Positions 54,031-60,653 of a stretch of DNA of 64,000 nucleotides are shown one piece after another. Within the stretch, counting starts at the first letter, position 1. Each line of letters opens with the position of its first letter. Origin of the DNA: an uncultured Nocardioidaceae bacterium. GTDB lineage: Bacteria; Actinomycetota; Actinomycetes; Propionibacteriales; Nocardioidaceae. The position numbers were made by a program, and so were the translations under genes. The notes beneath the pieces are model-generated. The model was given only the letters and a program-made list of their open reading frames with translations. It was not told the DNA's origin and did no database searches. The DNA lies in assembly GCA_902805845.1 (NCBI GenBank), contig CADCUI010000001.1, positions 140,592-204,591 on the forward strand, in the 5' to 3' direction.

Positions 54031-54159
54031 ACGGTCTGCGAGCGTCTGCGCCCGCGGACCGCGCCTGCTCGGTAGAGTGGCGCGTTCCCCAGTCGGCAGG
54101 GTCGCCCTGCCTGGCAACCACTCAGCTGTCCAGCAACCGCACGAGGGAGATCGGCTCCG

Positions 54160-56307
54160 GTGACCGACGAGGTGGTGGCGGCCGACGTCACCGCGCAGGA
54201 GGTGGCGCACGAGCAGGAGTTCGTCGACACCGTCTACCGACGCCTGTCCGAGGCCACCCGCAACGCAGAGGCACTGGCGCGTGAAGGGCACGGCAGGGCC
54301 AGGCTCGGCCACGAGGGTGGACTCGTCGAGCGCGACGCGATGGTCTTCCAGGCCGCCAAGCGCATCGCCACGCTCAACGCCGCCCACGAGGGCTTGGTGT
54401 TCGGGCGGCTGGACCTCAAGGACCCGACCGAGCAGCCCCGCTACATCGGCCGCATCGGCCTGCGCGACGAGCACCGCGACACCCTGCTGATCGACTGGCG
54501 GGCGCCGGCCGCCGCGGTGTTCTACCAGGCGACGGCCGCCGAGCCCCAAGGCGTCGTACGCCGTCGGGTGCTCAGGTGCTCGGGCAAGGTGGTCGTCGGC
54601 ATCGAGGACGACCTGCTCGACGCCGAGACCGGCTCGGACCTGCCCGTGGTCGGTGAGGGCGCACTCATCGCCCAGCTGTCCCGGGCCCGCGACCGCTCCA
54701 TGCACTCCATCGTCGCGACGATCCAGGCGCAGCAGGACAAGGCGATCCGGGCGCCGGCCAAGGGCGTCGTCGAGATCAGCGGTGGACCAGGTACCGGCAA
54801 GACCGTGGTGGCCCTGCACCGGGCGGCGTACCTGCTCTACACCGACCGCGCCCGTTACGAGCGGGGCGGGGTGCTCGTCGTCGGCCCGTCCGGGGTCTTC
54901 ATGCGCTACATCGAGCGGGTGCTGCCGTCGCTCGGCGAGACAGCGGTGGCGCTGCGCTCGTTGGGCGAGGTCGTCGACGGCATCCGGGCCGACCGGCACG
55001 ACGACCCTGCGGTGGCGGCGGTCAAGGGCAGCTCCCGGATGGCGGAGGTCGTGCGTCGGGCCTGCCGGCAGGCCGTGCCCGGCGCGCCGCGGGAGTTCCG
55101 CTACTTCTACCGCGACGACACCCTGGTGCTGGACTCGCGTGAGCTCAGCCGGATCCGGCGGGGGCTGCTCGGGCAGGGCAGGCGCAACCGCCAGGTCGGC
55201 CGCGTCGCCAGCGCCCTGGTCGACGCACTGTGGCGGCAGGTCCGGGGGGAGCGCGCTCAGGAACGCAGCAAGGAGGAGTTCACCGACACCCTGCTGGGAG
55301 ACGACCGGTTCCTGCTCTTCGTCCGTGACTGGTGGCCGGCCCTGGACGCCACCGAGGTGCTTCCCTGGCTGCGCGACCCGGAGTTCCTCGGCGTCGTCGC
55401 CGAGGGCGTGCTGACGCCCGCGGAGATCCAGACCGTGGCCCGCGGGTGGGGCGACGACCTGTCCGTGGAGGACGTGGCCCTGGTCGACGAGGTCCGCTAC
55501 CAGATCGGCGACCCGCCGGCGAGGACCGACGACGAGGAGGCCGATCCGCTGGCCGGCCTGGTCGACGCCAACATGCCGGAGCTGACCACGGTCACCGATC
55601 GCGAGTTCTCCGGTCCGCGCACGGCCGGCCGGACCGATGACGACGGCTACGCCCACGTGCTCGTCGACGAGGCCCAGGACCTGACCCCGATGCAGTGGCG
55701 CATGGTGGGCCGCCGAGGGGCCGCGGCCACCTGGACCGTCGTCGGCGACCCGGCCCAGTCGTCCTGGCCGCATCCGGAGGAGTCCCGGCAGGCGAAGGAC
55801 GACGCGCTGTTCCGCATCGGGCCGCTGCGCCGGCCGCGCCACCGGTTCCACCTCGGCACCAACTACCGCAACAGCGCCGAGATCTACCGTTACGCCGCGG
55901 CGTACGCCGAGCGGGTGGGGCTCTCCGCCGACCTGCCCGACGCCGTCCGCTCCACCGGCGCGGATCCTGTCGAGGTCGTCGTCGACGTCCTCGAGGACGG
56001 AGTCCGGGAAGCGGTCGACGAGCTGCTCGGCGTCGTCGACGGCACCGTGGCCGTCGTCGTGCCCGCCGCGCGGCGCCAGGAGGTCACCCGCTGGGTCGGC
56101 GACTGGCCGGAGGTGGCCGACGCGCTGGCCGGCGGCGACGCTGCTCGGCTGGCGGTGCTGGGAGGCCTGGACACCAAGGGGCTGGAGTTCGACGGCATCG
56201 TGGTCGTGGAGCCGGGGGAGATCCAGCAGGAGTCCCCGACGGGACGAGCGACGCTCTACGTGGTGCTGACCCGTGCCACGCAGCGGCTGGTCACCGTCAG
56301 GTCCTGA
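54160..56307 (+). CDS. helD: HelD-like (class II, HelR-type) UvrD-family helicase / RNA polymerase-associated ATPase
   Basis: An N-terminal coiled-coil-like region, then FGRLDL...YIGRIGL...LLIDWRAP, Walker A GGPGTGKT and VLVDEAQDL. The C-terminus is GLEFDGIVVVEP...LYVVLTRAT. Confidence 0.85.
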   Translation: MTDEVVAADVTAQEVAHEQEFVDTVYRRLSEATRNAEALAREGHGRARLGHEGGLVERDAMVFQAAKRIATLNAAHEGLVFGRLDLKDPTEQPRYIGRIGLRDEHRDTLLIDWRAPAAAVFYQATAAEPQGVVRRRVLRCSGKVVVGIEDDLLDAETGSDLPVVGEGALIAQLSRARDRSMHSIVATIQAQQDKAIRAPAKGVVEISGGPGTGKTVVALHRAAYLLYTDRARYERGGVLVVGPSGVFMRYIERVLPSLGETAVALRSLGEVVDGIRADRHDDPAVAAVKGSSRMAEVVRRACRQAVPGAPREFRYFYRDDTLVLDSRELSRIRRGLLGQGRRNRQVGRVASALVDALWRQVRGERAQERSKEEFTDTLLGDDRFLLFVRDWWPALDATEVLPWLRDPEFLGVVAEGVLTPAEIQTVARGWGDDLSVEDVALVDEVRYQIGDPPARTDDEEADPLAGLVDANMPELTTVTDREFSGPRTAGRTDDDGYAHVLVDEAQDLTPMQWRMVGRRGAAATWTVVGDPAQSSWPHPEESRQAKDDALFRIGPLRRPRHRFHLGTNYRNSAEIYRYAAAYAERVGLSADLPDAVRSTGADPVEVVVDVLEDGVREAVDELLGVVDGTVAVVVPAARRQEVTRWVGDWPEVADALAGGDAARLAVLGGLDTKGLEFDGIVVVEPGEIQQESPTGRATLYVVLTRATQRLVTVRS

Positions 56308-56389
56308 GCAGGTCCCTGGGCAGATTCCTGGGCAGTACGCACGTCGTGGCGCGCGCAGGGCCGGATCCCCGAGAGATCCGGTCCCTGTC

Positions 56390-56580
56390 CTGCGCTGCCG
56401 TGCCCCCCGGCCGGCCACCCCCACGCAGTGCCAGACCCCCCGGTCCGGCGTCTCCACGGCACCCCCCAAGGCCACCGTGGGTCCTTGCAGACCGGTCGCC
56501 CCCCGACGGCCGGTCAACCACCCCCTTCCGCCACTACAGACGGCGTCTGCACCGGCCCGGGTCCGAGCCCCCCGGCTCGT
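56390..56580 (+). ncRNA. Candidate C-rich-loop sRNA region (6C-like hairpin cluster)
   Basis: Five exact CCCCCC runs and one CCCCC run in about 190 nt of non-coding DNA. Most sit in the loops of short GC stems, e.g. GACCGGTCG-CCCCCC-GACGGCCGGTC and CGAGCC-CCCC-GGCTCG. No credible ORF is present. Confidence 0.35.
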
Positions 56581-56708
56581 TCCCTTCTGAGGACAACTCT
56601 GGGCCACGCACAGGTCCCGAGGTAAGGGCAGTATGTCCGGTTTCCTGAGCCGTACGGGGGGGTGCTCGCGGGCCCAAGGTCCCGGTTGAAGGTTGATACC
56701 GTCTCGGC

Positions 56709-58616
56709 ATGGCCGACCTCCCCGACGCCCAGGCCGCCCTGGAGCGGCTGCGGGGACACGAGGCCTGGGCGGTGATCCGCACCCGCGACGCGGACTCGGT
56801 CACCCTGGTCGGCGGTGCCCGGTCGGAGGCCGGGTCGCTGCTCGACGTACCCCTCGAGCAGGGGTCGCCGCCCGTGGGCCGCAGGTACGACCGGCTCCTC
56901 GCCGTACCGTTCCGGCAGGTGGCCGAGCGGGGGTTCGAGGCGCACGACGACGGCACGCCGCTGGTGGTGGTCGACGTCGACTTCGAGGCCGAGGTGCCCT
57001 TCGCCGACCTCGTCGCCGCGCTGCCGCAGCAGCAGGTCGCGCTCGAGCGTCCCGGCGGCTTCGAGACCTCCGACGAGGAGTACGCCGCCGTCGTACGCCG
57101 CATCATCGACGACGAGATCGGGAACGGCGAGGGCGCCAACCTCGTGGTGGGTCGCAGCTATCGCGCCCAGCTGCGTGACTGGGGACCGGAGGCCGCGCTC
57201 GGCGTGCTGCGGCGGCTGCTCGAGCGCGAGCGCGGCGCCTACTGGACCTACTGCTTCTTCACCGGTGACCGCTACCTGGTCGGCGCGAGCCCCGAGCGGC
57301 ACGTCTCGGTGCACGGCGGTGACGTGCGGATGAACCCGATCAGTGGCACGTTCCGGCTGCGCGGGCTGCCCGTCGCCGAGCGCAAGCAGCGGCTGCTGCA
57401 GTTCCTGGCCGACGAGAAGGAGATCTACGAGCTCTTCATGGTCGTCGACGAGGAGCTCAAGATGATGTGCGACGTCTGCAACGAGGGCGGCCAGGTGCTG
57501 GGTCCGTTCCTCAAGCCGATGAGCCACCTGGTGCACACCGAGTACCTCCTCGCCGGCCGCACCACCCGCGACGTCCGCGAGGTGCTCCGGGACACGATGT
57601 ACGCCGCGACGGTCACCGGTGCTCCGGTCGAGAACGCCTGCCGGCTCATCCGCAGGTACGAGTCCGAGGGGCGTGGCTACTACGGCGCGGCGCTCGCGCT
57701 CCTCGGCAGGGACGCCAGCGGGGCGCCGACGGCAGACAGCCCGATCGTGATCCGCACCGCCGACGTGTCGACCTCCGGGGCGCTGCGGGTCACCGCGGGG
57801 GCGACGCTCGTGCGTGACTCCGACCCCGCTTCCGAGGTCGCCGAGACGTGGTCGAAGGCCGGAGGCATCCTCACCGCGTTCGGGCTCCTCGAGGCTCCGG
57901 AGACCCCGGACGGCGGCATCGAGGCGCTCACCCGCGACGAGGACGTGCTCATCGCGCTCGCCTCACGCAACCAGCGGCTGAGCAAGTTCTGGCTCACCGA
58001 CCAGGGCGGCGCCGCCCCGGAACCGCAGCTCAAGGGTCGCAGCGTGGCCGTGCTCGAGGGCGAGGACGACTTCGTCAACATGCTCCGTCACGTCTTCACC
58101 GTGCTCGGCATGAACGTGGCGGTGCTGGCCCACGACGAGTACGCAGCAGGTGCCTTCGACGCCTTCGATCTCGTCGTCGTGGGTCCTGGTCCTGGCGACC
58201 CCCGCGACGGTGAGCAGCCCAAGATCGCCGCGTTCCGACAAGCCACGGACGACCTGCTGGCCGCGGGCAAGCCCTTCCTCAGCGTGTGCCTGGGCCACCA
58301 GGTGCTGTGCGACAGGCTGGGGATTCCCCTTGCCTACAAGGACATCGTCTTCCAGGGCACGCAGTCCCGGGTGAGCCTGGGAGGAGTGCGCGGCGACGCC
58401 CGTGACGAGGTCGTCGGCTTCTACAACACCTTCGTCGGGCGCCCGGACGGGTCGCTGGCGCCGGGGGTCAGGGTCTCAGCCGACCCTGTCAGCGGCGACA
58501 TCCACATGGTCGCCGGACCACACTTCCGCGGGGTCCAGTTCCATGCCGAGTCGATCCTGACCGAGAACGGCTTCGCGCTGCTGCGCGACCTCGTGCTGGA
58601 TCTCCTGGCGCCCTGA
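56709..58616 (+). CDS. Anthranilate synthase family protein, fused chorismate-binding and glutamine amidotransferase domains (PhzE-like architecture)
   Basis: SPERHVS, MNPISGT and the GRGYYGAA...IRTA...AGATLVRDSDP chorismate-enzyme motifs. The C-terminal GATase has SVCLGHQ and VQFHAES. Confidence 0.85.
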   Translation: MADLPDAQAALERLRGHEAWAVIRTRDADSVTLVGGARSEAGSLLDVPLEQGSPPVGRRYDRLLAVPFRQVAERGFEAHDDGTPLVVVDVDFEAEVPFADLVAALPQQQVALERPGGFETSDEEYAAVVRRIIDDEIGNGEGANLVVGRSYRAQLRDWGPEAALGVLRRLLERERGAYWTYCFFTGDRYLVGASPERHVSVHGGDVRMNPISGTFRLRGLPVAERKQRLLQFLADEKEIYELFMVVDEELKMMCDVCNEGGQVLGPFLKPMSHLVHTEYLLAGRTTRDVREVLRDTMYAATVTGAPVENACRLIRRYESEGRGYYGAALALLGRDASGAPTADSPIVIRTADVSTSGALRVTAGATLVRDSDPASEVAETWSKAGGILTAFGLLEAPETPDGGIEALTRDEDVLIALASRNQRLSKFWLTDQGGAAPEPQLKGRSVAVLEGEDDFVNMLRHVFTVLGMNVAVLAHDEYAAGAFDAFDLVVVGPGPGDPRDGEQPKIAAFRQATDDLLAAGKPFLSVCLGHQVLCDRLGIPLAYKDIVFQGTQSRVSLGGVRGDARDEVVGFYNTFVGRPDGSLAPGVRVSADPVSGDIHMVAGPHFRGVQFHAESILTENGFALLRDLVLDLLAP

Positions 58617-58618
58617 CC

Positions 58619-59197
58619 ATGGGCGACCGCCCGAGCGTCGTGGTCGTCGACCACCAGGACTCCTACACCTTCAACCTGGTGCACCTGGTCGCCGCGGTGA
58701 CCGGCGAGCTCCCGGTGGTCGTCGACCACCACGAGGTGACGTCGACCGACCTCCTCGGGTTCAGCCACGTCGTCCTGTCGCCCGGACCCGGCAACCCCGA
58801 CGAGCCCGGCGACTTCGGGGTCGGCCGGGACGTGCTGCGCCACGCCGCCGTGCCGGTGCTCGGGGTGTGCCTGGGCATGCAGGGCCTCGTGGCCGGCTAC
58901 GGCGGCCGGGTGGCCGCTGTCAACCCGGCGCACGGTGACGTCGCCTCGGTGAGGCACGCAGGGACCGGGCTCTTCGAGGGCATCCCCTCGCCGTTCCAGG
59001 CGGTCCGCTACCACTCGCTGGCCGCTGTCAGCGTGCCGGCGGTCCTGGAGACCACCGCGTGGAGCGAGGACGGGACGGTGATGGCGGTCGCCCACCGGAC
59101 GCTGCCGCTGGTGGGCGTGCAGTTCCACCCGGAGTCGGTGCTGACCACCCATGGTGCGGTGATCGTCGAGAACTTCCTGTCCGGCCGGCTGCGGTGA
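58619..59197 (+). CDS. pabA: Glutamine amidotransferase component II (PabA/TrpG type)
   Basis: VVDHQDSYTFNL, the GVCLGMQ catalytic Cys, and VQFHPESVLT. Confidence 0.88.
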   Translation: MGDRPSVVVVDHQDSYTFNLVHLVAAVTGELPVVVDHHEVTSTDLLGFSHVVLSPGPGNPDEPGDFGVGRDVLRHAAVPVLGVCLGMQGLVAGYGGRVAAVNPAHGDVASVRHAGTGLFEGIPSPFQAVRYHSLAAVSVPAVLETTAWSEDGTVMAVAHRTLPLVGVQFHPESVLTTHGAVIVENFLSGRLR

Positions 59198-60549
59198 CCG
59201 GGCCGCCGGAGGCCTTCCAGGCGGCCGCGGGCTCCTCGGACAGGCTGGTGTGGCTGGACGGTCACGTGGCCGAGCACCCGTGGTCCGGCCGGGGCTCGCT
59301 GCTCGGTGTCCTCGGGGCCGACGACGTGTCGCTCACCTTCGACGCGGGTCGGCGACAGGTGCTCCGCCACCGTGGAGAGAACTCCCAGCCGGTCGGGGAC
59401 GACATCTTCGACGTCCTGGAGGCCGAGGTGGCTCGGGACGCCGGCGACCCGTCGGTGGTGTGGGTGGGCTACCTCGGTTACGCCTGCCGGACCGACCTGC
59501 CCGGCAGACCGGCCGACCCGGGTTCCGGCGTACCCGACGCGGTGTGGCTGCGGCTGGTCGACCCCCTCACCCTGCCGACCCGCCCTTCATGTCTGGCCGA
59601 GCCGCCCACGATGCTGGGCGATCGCAGCATCGTGGGCGGCTCGAACGAACATGAAGGGCGGGTCGACGAGGGGTACGCCGCGGCGTACGCCGAGGTGCAA
59701 CGGCAGCTGCGGCTCGGGAACTCCTACGAGGTCAACCTCACCTACCGGGAGAGGCTCGCCTCCGACGTCGACCCGGTGACGGCGTACCTTCGCTTGCGCG
59801 AGATCAACCCGGCGCCCTACTCCGGCTACCTGCGGCACCGCGGTGTCCACCTGCTCAGCTCGAGCCCCGAGCGGTTCGCGGCCGTGGACGGGGAGCGGGT
59901 GCTCGAGGCCCGGCCGATCAAGGGCACGACGCGGCGTGGCGCGACCCCGGCGGAGGACGCCGAGGAGGCGCGACGGCTGGCCGCCGACCCGCGGTTCCGC
60001 GCCGAGAACCTCATGGTCGTCGACCTGCTGCGCAATGACCTGTCGATGGTGTGCGACCCCGGCACCGTCACGGTGCCGGCGCTGATGGCGGTGGAGTCCT
60101 ACCCCTCGGTGCACCAGCTCGTCTCGACGATCCGCGGCCGGCTGCACGACGGCGTCTCGACGGTGCGGGCGGTGCGGGCGCTCTTCCCGGCCGGGTCGAT
60201 GACCGGGGCGCCGAAACGCCGGACGATGGAGATCATCGACGCCGTCGAGGCCACCCCGAGGGGCGCGTACGCCGGGGCCTTCGGCTGGCTCTCCGGTGAC
60301 GGCCGGGCCGACCTCAGCGTCGTCATCCGGACCCTCGTCGCGACGCGGAGCGGCGTGTCGACCAGCATCCTGGGCGGCTCGACCGGACATGAGGGGCGGG
60401 TCGGCGGGTGGACCTACGAGCTCGGCACCGGCGGGGGGATCACCGTGCGCTCCACCCTGCACGAGGAGTACGACGAGACGCGCTGGAAGGCCGCCCGGCT
60501 CCGGGCGGCCCTCCACGTGGATCCTGGGTCGGACCTCTCGACGCCCTGA
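59194..60549 (+). CDS. pabB: Aminodeoxychorismate synthase component I-like chorismate-binding enzyme carrying two in-frame Family A repeat segments
   Basis: GTGA overlap with the pabA stop. Motifs: SYEVNLT, SSSPERF, RPIKGT, AENLMVVDLLRND, FPAGSMTGAPK, PRGAYAGAFGW and GGGIT. Repeat-derived peptides lie at about residues 127-158 and 390-404. Confidence 0.85.
   Translation: MTGPPEAFQAAAGSSDRLVWLDGHVAEHPWSGRGSLLGVLGADDVSLTFDAGRRQVLRHRGENSQPVGDDIFDVLEAEVARDAGDPSVVWVGYLGYACRTDLPGRPADPGSGVPDAVWLRLVDPLTLPTRPSCLAEPPTMLGDRSIVGGSNEHEGRVDEGYAAAYAEVQRQLRLGNSYEVNLTYRERLASDVDPVTAYLRLREINPAPYSGYLRHRGVHLLSSSPERFAAVDGERVLEARPIKGTTRRGATPAEDAEEARRLAADPRFRAENLMVVDLLRNDLSMVCDPGTVTVPALMAVESYPSVHQLVSTIRGRLHDGVSTVRAVRALFPAGSMTGAPKRRTMEIIDAVEATPRGAYAGAFGWLSGDGRADLSVVIRTLVATRSGVSTSILGGSTGHEGRVGGWTYELGTGGGITVRSTLHEEYDETRWKAARLRAALHVDPGSDLSTP
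59574..59667. repeat. Family A palindromic element (2 forward plus 2 reverse units around GCGATCG) inside the pabB CDS
   Basis: gccgacccgcccttcatgtctg and gccgagccgcccacgatgctgg, then gcgatcg, then cagcatcgtgggcggctcgaac and gaacatgaagggcgggtcgac. The ~40-nt arms have about 4 mismatches. Confidence 0.9.
60363..60405 (-). repeat. Family A half-element (2 reverse units) inside the pabB CDS
   Basis: cagcatcctgggcggctcgac and cggacatgaggggcgggtcggc. This is the same inner-unit variant (CAGCATCC) as at 42557. Confidence 0.85.
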
Positions 60550-60550
60550 C

Positions 60551-60653
60551 GGCGCAGGGCGGCCCAGCGAGGGCGGCCCGGCGCAGGGCGGCCCAGCGAG
60601 GGCGGGCCAGCGAGGCGGGCCAGCGAGGCAGTCCAGCGAGGCAGCCCAGCGAT
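60551..60653. repeat. Short tandem repeats: a 29-nt duplication followed by about 4 copies of a 13-nt unit (CCAGCGAGGCRGB)
   Basis: CCAGCGA recurs at 60564, 60593, 60607, 60620, 60633 and 60646. It fills the convergent gap between pabB and the protease gene. Confidence 0.85.

Noticed and set aside
54031-54159. Calling a rifamycin-associated element (RAE) upstream of the HelD/HelR-like gene.
   Set aside because: I cannot reproduce the published RAE consensus from memory with confidence. Only a generic 7-bp inverted repeat is visible, so it is left as a check under findings.
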